In this document: positions 36,844 through 46,265 of the stretch, piece after piece | How positions within the stretch are numbered: the first letter of the stretch is position 1 | Layout: the number at the start of each line of letters is the position of its first letter | Assembly (NCBI GenBank): GCA_017405445.1 | Contig: JAFRAK010000007.1 | Location: forward strand, 95,689 to 159,688 | Reading direction: 5' to 3' | DNA length: 64,000 bases | Origin: Bacilli bacterium | GTDB taxonomy: Bacteria; Bacillota_I; Bacilli_A; RF39; UBA660 | Notes under the pieces: model-generated | Database searches by the model: none | What the model was told of the DNA's origin: nothing | The model's input: the letters and a program-made list of their open reading frames with translations, nothing else | Position numbers and translations under genes: made by a program

Positions 36844-36858
36844 AAGAAGTGGTATAAA
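36830..36858 (+). promoter_or_regulatory. htpG promoter
   Basis: TTGACA (36830-35), a 17-nt spacer, then TGgTATAAA (extended -10, 36850-58). Confidence 0.6.
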
Positions 36859-36891
36859 TAAAATTGAGCCAATTGTTTAGGAGATGATTTT

Positions 36892-38772
36892 ATGGCAAAA
36901 AAAGAATTTAAATCAGAATCAAAGAGATTATTAGACTTAATGATTAATTCTATTTATACAAATAAAGATATTTTTTTAAGAGAATTAATTAGTAATTCTA
37001 GTGATGCACTTGATAAATTATATTATAGAAGCCTAACAGATAAAAAAGTTAAAGTTGATCGAGAAAAACTAGAGATTAATATTGCTTTTGATAAAGATAA
37101 AAGACTTCTAACAGTAACAGATAATGGTTGTGGAATGACGAAAGATGAATTAGAGTCTAATTTAGGTACAATTGCGAAAAGTGGTTCTTTAGCATTTAAA
37201 GAAAATATGTCTAGTGATGAAAAAACAAATATTATTGGACAATTTGGTGTTGGATTCTACGCATCATTTATGGTAAGTGATAAAGTAACTGTTACTTCTA
37301 AAAGTGTAGATGATGATAAAGCTTATGTTTGGGAAAGTGAAGGAGTAGATGGTTATACTATCAAAGAAGGAAAAAAAGAAGATACAGGTACTGAGATAGT
37401 ATTACATATTAAAGAAGATTCTGATGAATTTGAATATTCGAAATACTTAGATGAATATGAATTAAAAAAATTAATAAAAAAATATTCAGATTATATAAGT
37501 TTTCCAATTAAGATGGAAGTTACTCATCATGAATTAAAAGATGAAGAAAAACATGAATATGAAGATCATAAAGAAATAGAAACTATAAACAGTATGATTC
37601 CTATTTGGAAAAAATCAAAAGATGATGTTTCTGAAGAGGATTATGATAATTTCTATATGGATAAATTTAGTGATTATGATAAGCCATTAAAAGTAATATC
37701 ATCATCTGTTGAAGGAATGACTTCTTATAAAGCATTATTATTTATTCCATCTCATGCACCTTTTGATTACTATACACAAGAGTATGAAAAAGGATTAGCA
37801 TTATATTCTAATGGAGTCTTAATTATGGAAAAATGTGCAGATTTATTACCAGACTTCTTTAGTTTTGTAAAAGGGGTAGTTGATTCTGAAGATTTATCAT
37901 TAAATATATCAAGAGAATTACTACAAGAATCACAAAATTTAAAATTAATTGCTAAAAACATTGAAAATAAAATTAAAAAAGAATTAGAAAATATGTTAAG
38001 AGAAGATAGAGATACTTACATTTCATTCTTTAAAACATTTGGTGTTCAATTAAAATATGGTGTTTATAATAATTTTGGACAGGATAAAGATAAATTAAAA
38101 GACTTAGTAATGTTCTATTCTGCCAAACATGAAAAACTAATTACTATCTCAGAATATGTTTCTGAAATGAAAGAAGATCAAGATAGTATTTATTATGCAT
38201 CAGGTTCATCAATTGAAAAAATTGCATCTCTTCCTCAAGTAGAACAAGTACGTGATAAAGATTATGATATTTTATATTTAACAGATTATGTAGATGAATT
38301 CTGTATTACTGCAATTCAATCTTATGAAGATAAGAAATTTAAAAATGTTAGTGATGAAAATCTAGATTTAGAAACAGAAGAAGAAAAGAAAGAAACAGAA
38401 AAAGCAAATAAAGAGAATAAAGATTTATTAACAGAAATGAATGATTTATTAGAAGAAGTCACAGAAGTACGTTTCAGTAATAAATTAAAATCTCATCCAG
38501 TATGTCTAACGACAAAGGGAGATGTTTCTATTGAAATGCAAAAAGTATTTGATGCAATGCCTAATGATATGGGAATTAAAGCACAAACCATTCTAGAAAT
38601 TAATGAGAAACATCCAATTGCGAAAAAAATTCAAACACTTTATAAAAAGGATAAAGAAGAATTTAAAAAATATACTAAAATACTATATAGTGAAGCACGT
38701 ATGATTGCAGGTTTACCAATTGATAATCCTACAGAAATCAGTCAATTAATTTGTGAAGTTATATCAAAATAG
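36892..38772 (+). CDS. htpG: Molecular chaperone HtpG (Hsp90)
   Basis: FLRELISNSSDALDKLYYRS, DNGCGMTKDEL and GQFGVGFYASFMV are the GHKL ATPase motifs. The 626-aa length is typical of HtpG. Confidence 0.9.
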   Translation: MAKKEFKSESKRLLDLMINSIYTNKDIFLRELISNSSDALDKLYYRSLTDKKVKVDREKLEINIAFDKDKRLLTVTDNGCGMTKDELESNLGTIAKSGSLAFKENMSSDEKTNIIGQFGVGFYASFMVSDKVTVTSKSVDDDKAYVWESEGVDGYTIKEGKKEDTGTEIVLHIKEDSDEFEYSKYLDEYELKKLIKKYSDYISFPIKMEVTHHELKDEEKHEYEDHKEIETINSMIPIWKKSKDDVSEEDYDNFYMDKFSDYDKPLKVISSSVEGMTSYKALLFIPSHAPFDYYTQEYEKGLALYSNGVLIMEKCADLLPDFFSFVKGVVDSEDLSLNISRELLQESQNLKLIAKNIENKIKKELENMLREDRDTYISFFKTFGVQLKYGVYNNFGQDKDKLKDLVMFYSAKHEKLITISEYVSEMKEDQDSIYYASGSSIEKIASLPQVEQVRDKDYDILYLTDYVDEFCITAIQSYEDKKFKNVSDENLDLETEEEKKETEKANKENKDLLTEMNDLLEEVTEVRFSNKLKSHPVCLTTKGDVSIEMQKVFDAMPNDMGIKAQTILEINEKHPIAKKIQTLYKKDKEEFKKYTKILYSEARMIAGLPIDNPTEISQLICEVISK

Positions 38773-38796
38773 AGAATACTTTTCTCTATTTTTTTA
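38770..38796 (+). terminator. Rho-independent terminator
   Basis: TAGAGAA tactt TTCTCTA followed by TTTTTTT. Confidence 0.65.
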
Positions 38797-38806
38797 TTTT
38801 GTTTTG

Positions 38807-38815
38807 TGTTATAAT
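38807..38815 (+). promoter_or_regulatory. Extended -10 promoter element for xfp
   Basis: TGtTATAAT lies 25 nt upstream of ATG 38840. A near-identical TGTTATAAT recurs at 41197-41205 upstream of the next gene. Confidence 0.45.
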
Positions 38816-38839
38816 CTTTCTAGAATAGGAGAGTGTCTT

Positions 38840-41167
38840 ATGCCATTGTCAAAGAAAGAATTAAGTCAGTTAGATCGTTATTTTAAAGTATTAAACTATT
38901 TAAGTGTTGCTCAATTATATTTATTAGATAATCCACTTTTAAGAAGGCCATTACAAATTACTGATATAAAACCAATTGTAGTAGGTCATTTTGGAACAAC
39001 ACCTGGACAAAATTTAATTTATCTTCACTTAAATCGAATGATTCGAAAACATAATTTAAAAATGATTTACATATCTGGACCAGGTCATGGTGGACAAGCA
39101 ATGGTTGCGAATAATTATCTAGAAGGAGTTTATTCAAGAGCCTATCCAGATATTACAGAAGATGAAGAAGGACTAAAAAAACTATGTAAGCAATTTAGTT
39201 TTCCAGGAGGAATTTCTTCTCATGTTGCACCAGAAACACCAGGCTCTATTCATGAAGGAGGAGAACTCGGATATAGTCTTGCTCATGCAGCAGGAGCAGT
39301 TTTGGACAATCCTGATTTAATCGCCGCTTGTGTAGTAGGAGATGGAGAAGCAGAAACAGGACCTCTCGCAACTAGTTGGAATATTAATAAATTTTTAAAT
39401 AAAAAGAACGATGGAGTTGTTTTACCAATTCTTCATCGTAATGGTTATAAAATATCAAATCCAACAATATTTGGAAGAATGACTCAAGATGAATTAGAAG
39501 ATTTCTTCTATGGATATGGATGGAAACCATATTTTGTATCAACATCTAATACAATCAAAATACATGAAGAAATGGCTAAAGTATTAGATAAAGTATTAAA
39601 AGATATTAAAAGAATTAAAACAAAAAAAACTGGTAATTATCCTATGATTGTGTTGACAACACCAAAAGGATGGACTGCTCCAAAAGAAGTTAATTCTCTA
39701 AAAATAGAAGGTACATTCCGTTCTCATCAAGTACCAATTCCAATCTCAAGAGAACATCCAGAAAATTTACCATTATTAGAAAAATGGCTAAAGAGTTATA
39801 AGATTGATAAATGTTTTGATGAAAAAGGTAGATTAATTAAAGAATTAAAAGAACTTTGTCCATCTCCTGCAAAATGTATGGGATCAAGTCCTTATGCTAA
39901 CGGAGGAGTATTATTAAAAGAATTAGTTGTTCCTAACTGGGAAGATTATTGTCTAGATATTAAAAAACCAGGAAGTATTACTAGCCAAGATACAACAGAG
40001 TTAGGAAAATATATTAGAGATATATTTGTACTGAATAAGGCCAATAAAAATTTTAGAATGTTTGGACCAGATGAAGCATTATCTAATCGCTTTAATGCCG
40101 TATTCGAAGTAGAAAAAAGAACTTGGAATTATAAAACAATACCTTCAGATGAATATTTATCAAAAGATGGTAGAGTAATGGATGCTTATTTATCAGAACA
40201 TTTATGTGAAGGAATGTTAGAAGGTTATTTATTAACTGGTAGACATGGTTTTATTCATAGTTATGAAGCTTTCATAAGGATTATTGATTCTATGGCTAGT
40301 CAACATGCTAAATGGTTAAAAGTATGCAATCAAATACCATGGAGAGTGCCAATTGCATCCTTAAATATCTTATTGGTTAGTCATGTTTTTCAACAAGATC
40401 ATAACGGTTATACCCATCAAGATCCAGGTTTCTTAAATCATTTAGTAACCAAAAAAGCTGATGTTATTAGAATGTATTTACCTCCTGATACCAATTGTTT
40501 ATTATCTTGTTTTGATCATTGTATTCAATCAAAAAATTATGTAAATGTAATTGTTGCCTCTAAACATCCAAGACCTCAATGGTTAACAAAAAAACAAGCT
40601 AAAATTCATTGTACGAATGGACTAGGAATTTGGGATTTTGCATCCAATGATGAAGGAAATCCAGATGTAGTACTTGCTTGTTGTGGAGAAACTCCAACCC
40701 TAGAAATAATGGCCGCAGTAGATATATTAAGAAAAAGTGTAAAAGGAATCAAAATAAGAGTTGTTAATGTCGTTGATTTAATGAAATTACAATCTCCTGA
40801 TACACATCCTCATGGAATGAGTGATGAAGAATATGATCAAATATTTACAAAGGATAAACCAATTATCTTTAACTTCCATGGTTATCCATCTCTAATTCAT
40901 CAATTAACATATAAACGTCATAATAGAGATCTACATGTACATGGATATAAAGAAGAAGGAACTATTACTACAACCTTTGATATTCGTGTACAAAATGAAA
41001 TTGATAGGTTCCATCTTGTTATCGCAACATTAAGAGAAATTCCTAGATATCAAAAAAACAGTAAAGTATTAATTGATTGGTGTAATGAAATGTTACAAAC
41101 CCATAAAAACTATATTCAAGAATATGGAGAAGATATGCCATATATTAAGAATTGGCAATGGGAATAA
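38840..41167 (+). CDS. xfp: Xylulose-5-phosphate/fructose-6-phosphate phosphoketolase
   Basis: ATG 38840 follows AGGAGAG; the 29-codon upstream extension spans the terminator and promoter and was rejected. NYLSVAQLYLLDNPLL, GHFGTTPGQNLIYLHLNRMI, SGPGHGGQA and EGGELGY are typical of ThDP-dependent phosphoketolase. Confidence 0.9.
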   Translation: MPLSKKELSQLDRYFKVLNYLSVAQLYLLDNPLLRRPLQITDIKPIVVGHFGTTPGQNLIYLHLNRMIRKHNLKMIYISGPGHGGQAMVANNYLEGVYSRAYPDITEDEEGLKKLCKQFSFPGGISSHVAPETPGSIHEGGELGYSLAHAAGAVLDNPDLIAACVVGDGEAETGPLATSWNINKFLNKKNDGVVLPILHRNGYKISNPTIFGRMTQDELEDFFYGYGWKPYFVSTSNTIKIHEEMAKVLDKVLKDIKRIKTKKTGNYPMIVLTTPKGWTAPKEVNSLKIEGTFRSHQVPIPISREHPENLPLLEKWLKSYKIDKCFDEKGRLIKELKELCPSPAKCMGSSPYANGGVLLKELVVPNWEDYCLDIKKPGSITSQDTTELGKYIRDIFVLNKANKNFRMFGPDEALSNRFNAVFEVEKRTWNYKTIPSDEYLSKDGRVMDAYLSEHLCEGMLEGYLLTGRHGFIHSYEAFIRIIDSMASQHAKWLKVCNQIPWRVPIASLNILLVSHVFQQDHNGYTHQDPGFLNHLVTKKADVIRMYLPPDTNCLLSCFDHCIQSKNYVNVIVASKHPRPQWLTKKQAKIHCTNGLGIWDFASNDEGNPDVVLACCGETPTLEIMAAVDILRKSVKGIKIRVVNVVDLMKLQSPDTHPHGMSDEEYDQIFTKDKPIIFNFHGYPSLIHQLTYKRHNRDLHVHGYKEEGTITTTFDIRVQNEIDRFHLVIATLREIPRYQKNSKVLIDWCNEMLQTHKNYIQEYGEDMPYIKNWQWE

Positions 41168-41188
41168 GAATGCTTAAAGCATTCTTTT
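41166..41188 (+). terminator. Rho-independent terminator
   Basis: AAGAATGC ttaaa GCATTCTT followed by TT..TTTT. Confidence 0.6.
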
Positions 41189-41222
41189 CCGTTTTATGTT
41201 ATAATAGATATGAGGTGTTAAT

Positions 41223-41744
41223 ATGAATACTAGAAAGAGTATGAAATTACCAATTTTTATCACAATTTTTATTATTTGTGTCATTGTATATTTGTTCACA
41301 AATATTAAACAGACAACAGTAGTTTGTCATAAAACAAAAACATATGAATCCAATATCCAGTTATCAGAATCTATAACAGCATCAATAGAGAATAAAAGAA
41401 TAGAAAATATGGATATTGTAAAAACCATTACAGTTTTAGATAAGAATAAAAAAGAACAAAAACTAAATAAAATTAAAGATGCTTTGGATAACTCATTAGA
41501 ATATTTAGGAAAATCTTATAGTATTAAAATAACAGAGAATAGTGTAGTTGCCCGTATTCAAGTAAATGAAAAAGAATTAGTCCTTTTAGATAATATTGAC
41601 TTTTCTGATACAAATGGAGATCTTAATATTAAGATAGATGTTAATACAAAAAGTAGTGATGTAATCTCTCTAACAGTAGGAGATAACTATACAGATGGAG
41701 AATTAATGAAGCGCTTAAAAAGTAATGGCTTCACTTGTAAATAA
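41223..41744 (+). CDS. Hypothetical N-terminally anchored protein
   Basis: GAGGTG RBS. TM helix LPIFITIFIICVIVYLF followed by a ~140-aa soluble domain. No family was recognised. Confidence 0.55.
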   Translation: MNTRKSMKLPIFITIFIICVIVYLFTNIKQTTVVCHKTKTYESNIQLSESITASIENKRIENMDIVKTITVLDKNKKEQKLNKIKDALDNSLEYLGKSYSIKITENSVVARIQVNEKELVLLDNIDFSDTNGDLNIKIDVNTKSSDVISLTVGDNYTDGELMKRLKSNGFTCK

Positions 41745-42012
41745 TATGGAGTACGATATCGATAAATTAGTATCTGAGATGGATTTTACATCGAATCAGT
41801 TACAAAGAATCAATCAAAATATTTTACTAACGAATCACGAAATTGAAATACTAAGTCGTTATCATATAGAGTATCAAAAATGTAAAAGTCTAAAAGAAGT
41901 AATATGGGAAATAGAAAATATACTAGAGGATATGGATATTGTAGATGAAGATTTAGATCTTATATCTCAAACAATCTCAGAGAGAGATTATTATGAAAAT
42001 ACTAATAAATAA
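41725..42012 (+). CDS. Hypothetical small acidic protein
   Basis: 95-aa ORF overlapping the upstream gene. The start is uncertain (ATG 41725 or 41746) and no clear RBS is present. Confidence 0.4.
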   Translation: MASLVNNMEYDIDKLVSEMDFTSNQLQRINQNILLTNHEIEILSRYHIEYQKCKSLKEVIWEIENILEDMDIVDEDLDLISQTISERDYYENTNK

Positions 42013-42025
42013 AGCAAGGAGTATT

Positions 42026-42802
42026 ATGGAAGAATATTTAAAGTTTGCTTGTGAAATTGCAAAGTATGCCGGAAAAGAAATGTTAAATCATTTTGATGTG
42101 AATGAAGAATATGATTATAAAGAAGATAAAACGGTTGTAACTAAGTCTGATAAAGATATTAATCATTATTTAATAGAAAAAGTAAAAAAACACTATCCAT
42201 CACATTCTGTTATTGGAGAAGAAGAATCATATATTCAAGATTCTAATTATGCTTGGGTATGTGATCCAATTGATGGTACTGGAATGTTTATTGAAAGAAT
42301 CCCAGTAGCAGTTTTCTCTTTAGCATTAGTCATTGATGGAGTTCCTAAAGTAGCAGTTGTGTATGATCCATTTTTTGATAAAATGTATACTGCAATTCAA
42401 GGACAAGGAGCTTATTGTAATAATGAAAGAATTCATGTAAACAATAAAAAACTATATGATGAAGGATATCGAATGAATCTTGAAATGTGGAATAAAGCAG
42501 AATATGACACATTACTTCTAGCAAAAGAATTCATTGATAAAGCAGCTTTATCTCAAATAGGAAGTGTAGCAAGAAGCTGTATGGCTATTGCGAGTGGAGA
42601 TTTTAGTTGCGATATTTTTCCAGGAACCAAACATGCTAATTGTGATATTGCAGCATCTTGCTTAATTGTAAAAGAAGCAGGAGGAATGGTTACAAATATC
42701 TTTGGGGAAGATCAACGATATGATCAAGATATAAAAGGAGCTATTATTAGTAATGGAATATCTCATGAAGAGGTTCTATCTATTATAAAAAAGTGTTTAT
42801 GA
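42026..42802 (+). CDS. Inositol monophosphatase family protein
   Basis: ATG 42026 follows AAGGAG. The metal-binding motifs are SVIGEEES and WVCDPIDGTGMF. Confidence 0.75.
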   Translation: MEEYLKFACEIAKYAGKEMLNHFDVNEEYDYKEDKTVVTKSDKDINHYLIEKVKKHYPSHSVIGEEESYIQDSNYAWVCDPIDGTGMFIERIPVAVFSLALVIDGVPKVAVVYDPFFDKMYTAIQGQGAYCNNERIHVNNKKLYDEGYRMNLEMWNKAEYDTLLLAKEFIDKAALSQIGSVARSCMAIASGDFSCDIFPGTKHANCDIAASCLIVKEAGGMVTNIFGEDQRYDQDIKGAIISNGISHEEVLSIIKKCL

Positions 42803-42813
42803 TAAAGTAAACG

Positions 42814-42842
42814 AGAAGTTGAGTTATTCAACTTCTATTTTA
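42814..42842 (+). terminator. Rho-independent terminator
   Basis: AGAAGTTGA gttat TCAACTTCT followed by ATTTTA. Confidence 0.6.
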
Positions 42843-42895
42843 TGTAAAATGTCTATATTATTTGATATAATGAAAATGTTTTAAGGAGGTTATTT

Positions 42896-44020
42896 ATGAT
42901 TTATTTAGATTATAGTGCTACAACACCTGTAGATAAAGAAGTAATTGAAACTTATGCAAAGGTGTGTGAAGACTTTATTGGAAATCCAAATTCATTACAT
43001 AAACTAGGATTAGAAGCAAAAAAACTAATTGATGCATCTACTAGTCAAATTGCTAAAATATTAGGAGTAAAAGAATCAGAAATCATTTATACAAGTGGTT
43101 CTTCTGAATCAAATAATACTGCCATTAAAGGAGTATGTTTTAAATATCAAAATAGAGGAAAACATATCATTACAACAGAATTAGAACATTCTTCTATTAT
43201 TGCACCATTACAGTTCTTACAAAAACAAGGATATGAAATTGATTTTGTAAAATTAGATTCAAAAGGACAAGTAGATTTAGAAGATTTAAAAAATAAATTA
43301 AGAGATGATACTGTATTAGTTACAATTGCATCTGTAAATAGTGAAATTGGAATTAAACAAGATTTAGAAGCAATTAGTAAAATAGTAAGACAAAATCCTA
43401 AAACAATTTTTCATAGCGATGTAACACAAAGTATAGGAAAAGATAAAATTGATTTTAGTTTATTAGATATGGCATCTATTTCATGTCAAAAATTCTATGG
43501 TATGAAAGGAATTGGATGTTTAATTAAAAAAGAAGGATTACAAATAGAACCATTAATTCATGGAGGAAAATCTACTACAATCTTTAGAAGTGGTACTCCT
43601 GCTACTCCTTTAATTGCATCTTTCGCAAAAGCATTACGCTTAGTTTATGATAATTATGAAGAAAAAGAAGAAAGAGTAAGAGAGATTAATACTTATTTGA
43701 AAGAACAATTAAAAAAGACAAATGTATCAATTAATAGTAATGAAAAATGTATTCCTCATATTGTAAATCTTAGTATTCCAAATATTAAACCAGAAACAAT
43801 GCAACATGCTTTAGAAGAACATGATATTTATGTTTCTACTCAAACAGCTTGTTCTACTGGAGAATATTCTAAATCTGTTTATGCTATAACAAATGATGTA
43901 GATAAAGCTAGTCACAGTATTCGTATTAGTTTATCTTATAAAACAACTAAAGAAGAAATAGATGAATTTATGAAAGTGTTTAAACAGTTACTAAGTAGTT
44001 TAAATATTAAAGGTGAATAA
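42896..44020 (+). CDS. Cysteine desulfurase (NifS/IscS-like, class V aminotransferase)
   Basis: IYLDYSATTPV at the N-terminus, the PLP-Lys region SISCQKFYGMKG, and the active-site Cys loop STQTACSTG. AAGGAGG RBS. Confidence 0.8.
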   Translation: MIYLDYSATTPVDKEVIETYAKVCEDFIGNPNSLHKLGLEAKKLIDASTSQIAKILGVKESEIIYTSGSSESNNTAIKGVCFKYQNRGKHIITTELEHSSIIAPLQFLQKQGYEIDFVKLDSKGQVDLEDLKNKLRDDTVLVTIASVNSEIGIKQDLEAISKIVRQNPKTIFHSDVTQSIGKDKIDFSLLDMASISCQKFYGMKGIGCLIKKEGLQIEPLIHGGKSTTIFRSGTPATPLIASFAKALRLVYDNYEEKEERVREINTYLKEQLKKTNVSINSNEKCIPHIVNLSIPNIKPETMQHALEEHDIYVSTQTACSTGEYSKSVYAITNDVDKASHSIRISLSYKTTKEEIDEFMKVFKQLLSSLNIKGE

Positions 44021-44299
44021 ATGAAATTATTAAAAATAGGTGCCATCTGGTGTGGTGGTTGTTTAGTTATGAATAATGTTATTCAAAAAGCACTAAAAGA
44101 GTATTCATTTGAATATGAAGAATTAGATTTAGATATGGATGAAGATGAGGTTAAAAAATATAATCCTGGAGATAAATTACCCGTTTTTATCGTATTAGAT
44201 AATAATAAAGAAGTAAGTAGATTTGTAGGAGAATACAAATATGATGACTTTATAAAGAAATTAAAGGAGTTGGAAGTAATCAATGAAAAAGAGTGTTAG
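44021..44299 (+). CDS. Thioredoxin-like small protein
   Basis: 92 aa with a WCGGC redox motif near the N-terminus. The start abuts the desulfurase stop. Confidence 0.65.
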   Translation: MKLLKIGAIWCGGCLVMNNVIQKALKEYSFEYEELDLDMDEDEVKKYNPGDKLPVFIVLDNNKEVSRFVGEYKYDDFIKKLKELEVINEKEC

Positions 44300-45497
44300 A
44301 TTATTATTGTTTCTTTTCTTTATAATACCTGTATCTGTTTTTGCAAAAGAAGAAAACGATGTAACATTATATTTCTTTCATGGTGATGGATGTCCTCATT
44401 GTGCAGAAGAAGAAATATTCTTAAAAACACTCCCAGAGAAATATCCATATTTAACAATTGTTGATTATGAAACGTGGCATAATGAGGAAAATGATGATTT
44501 CTTAAAAAAAGACATAGGGAAAGCATTGGATATGGAATTTAGAGGAGTTCCTGTTAATATTATTGGAGAAAGTGTAATCCAAGGATATAATGCCAGTGCA
44601 GGTAGAGAATTAGAAAGAGCTATTCAATATTATCATGAAAATGAATATGAAGATATTGTAGAAGAAATAAAAAATGGTACTTATGTAAAAAAAGAAAAAG
44701 AAAAAGAATCATTTGAAGAAAAAGAAAAAGAACTAGATAAAGAATTATCTGTGGATATTCCTATCTTTGGACCTGTTAATTTAAAAAAATTCTCATTAGG
44801 AGCAGCTTCAGCATTAATTGGATTAATTGATGGATTCAATCCATGCGCAATGTGGGTATTATTATTTTTAATTAGTTCTCTAATAGGAATGAAAGATAGA
44901 AAAAGAATGTGGATATTAGGATCTATCTTCTTACTAACGTCTGCATTATTCTATTTACTAATTATGCTTTCATGGATTCAAATTGTTGTACAATTTACAA
45001 CAGTTGTGTGGATTAGAAATGTAATTGCATTAGTTGCAATTATTGGAGCATTTATTAATTTGAAAAGTTTCTTTAAAAGTAATGAGACAGGTTGCGATGT
45101 AGTCGATGAAAAGAAAAGAAAAAAGATTTTTACAAAAATAAAAAATTTCACAAAAGAAAAAAATTTGTTTCTAGCAATTATTGGAGTAATTACTCTAGCA
45201 ATATCTGTTAATATAGTAGAACTTGCTTGTTCTGCAGGACTTCCATTAGTTTTTTCAGAATTAATGGCAATCAATAATGTAACAATGATGAGTAAATTCC
45301 TTTATACGTTTGTTTATATTTGTTTCTTTTTAATTGACGATTTTATTGTTTTTATTATTGCAATGAAGACAATGAAAGTAACTGGAATATCTACAAAATA
45401 CAACAAGTATTCTCATTTAATCGGCGGAGTTTTAATGTTAGCAATTGGGATAATGTTACTAATAAAACCAGAATGGTTAATGTTTAATTTTAAGTAA
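44283..45497 (+). CDS. Exported thioredoxin-fold domain (CPHC) fused to a CcdA/DsbD-like thiol-disulfide transporter membrane domain
   Basis: Signal peptide IPVSVFA|KEE. FFHGDGCPHCAEEE is the redox motif. The polytopic C-terminal half carries the conserved Cys sites GFNPCAMW and ELACSAGLP. Confidence 0.55.
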   Translation: MKKSVRLLLFLFFIIPVSVFAKEENDVTLYFFHGDGCPHCAEEEIFLKTLPEKYPYLTIVDYETWHNEENDDFLKKDIGKALDMEFRGVPVNIIGESVIQGYNASAGRELERAIQYYHENEYEDIVEEIKNGTYVKKEKEKESFEEKEKELDKELSVDIPIFGPVNLKKFSLGAASALIGLIDGFNPCAMWVLLFLISSLIGMKDRKRMWILGSIFLLTSALFYLLIMLSWIQIVVQFTTVVWIRNVIALVAIIGAFINLKSFFKSNETGCDVVDEKKRKKIFTKIKNFTKEKNLFLAIIGVITLAISVNIVELACSAGLPLVFSELMAINNVTMMSKFLYTFVYICFFLIDDFIVFIIAMKTMKVTGISTKYNKYSHLIGGVLMLAIGIMLLIKPEWLMFNFK

Positions 45498-45505
45498 AAA
45501 TAATC

Positions 45506-45534
45506 TTTACTATTGTACCCTAGAATGATAAAAT
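45506..45534 (+). promoter_or_regulatory. Promoter of the A1/B1 cassette
   Basis: TTTACT, a 17-nt spacer, then TGaTAAAAT (extended -10). Confidence 0.45.
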
Positions 45535-45577
45535 AATGATATATAGTATTATAATTAATAGAAGGTGGAGATAATAA

Positions 45578-46243
45578 ATGAACTCAGAAGATTTTGAAAG
45601 ATATATGGCTAGTATTAGTGCTGATGATGTTAAAAAAACCCCATGGGTTAACAATGTTAGTAACATAAAGAGTATTGTTGAAGGACTTAATACAGATGCT
45701 TTTTCTAGATATGATACTTCCTCTATTTCTTCAACAATAAGTGAATTAGAAGATATTCATCAAAAAGTAATGCAAACAAATTATTTTTATACGCAAGATG
45801 ATGATACAAAACCAGAATTAATGGCTCGTATTCAAGAAAATATGAATAAACTTAAAGAATTAAAAACGCAACTTCAAACAGATAATCTTCCTTCTGATGC
45901 TGTTAAATATAATGACAATGTAGAAGAAGCACAAAAAGAATATTATAGAAGACAAATGAAGACGATGGCTGATGGATATAATGGCAGTAGTAATAGATAT
46001 CTATTGATGTCATATCCTACAGATTGTACTTGTCAACCTATGGAAGTATATAGATTAACAGAATCTGGTCCTCAAAAAATAAGTAGTACATATTACCCTG
46101 ATGGTCAAAATACATATGATTATATAAAATATTCTGATAGAGATTCCTTAGAAGAATTAGTAAGAAAGCTAAAAATGAGAGGCTTTTGTAAAACGTTTAA
46201 AGGTGTACAAAGACCATCTGATACTAAATTATCTTCATGGTAG
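45578..46243 (+). CDS. Hypothetical protein A1 (soluble, helical N-terminus, Cys-containing C-terminus); paralog of 47811-48566
   Basis: Strong RBS GAAGGTGGAG. No signal peptide or TM helix. It shares ELM(A/G)RI..., YNDN(V/L)E(E/A)A(Q/K)(K/E)(E/G)Y and overall layout with A2. Confidence 0.6.
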   Translation: MNSEDFERYMASISADDVKKTPWVNNVSNIKSIVEGLNTDAFSRYDTSSISSTISELEDIHQKVMQTNYFYTQDDDTKPELMARIQENMNKLKELKTQLQTDNLPSDAVKYNDNVEEAQKEYYRRQMKTMADGYNGSSNRYLLMSYPTDCTCQPMEVYRLTESGPQKISSTYYPDGQNTYDYIKYSDRDSLEELVRKLKMRGFCKTFKGVQRPSDTKLSSW

Positions 46244-46265
46244 TTAAGGGAAAGGAGATTATAAT

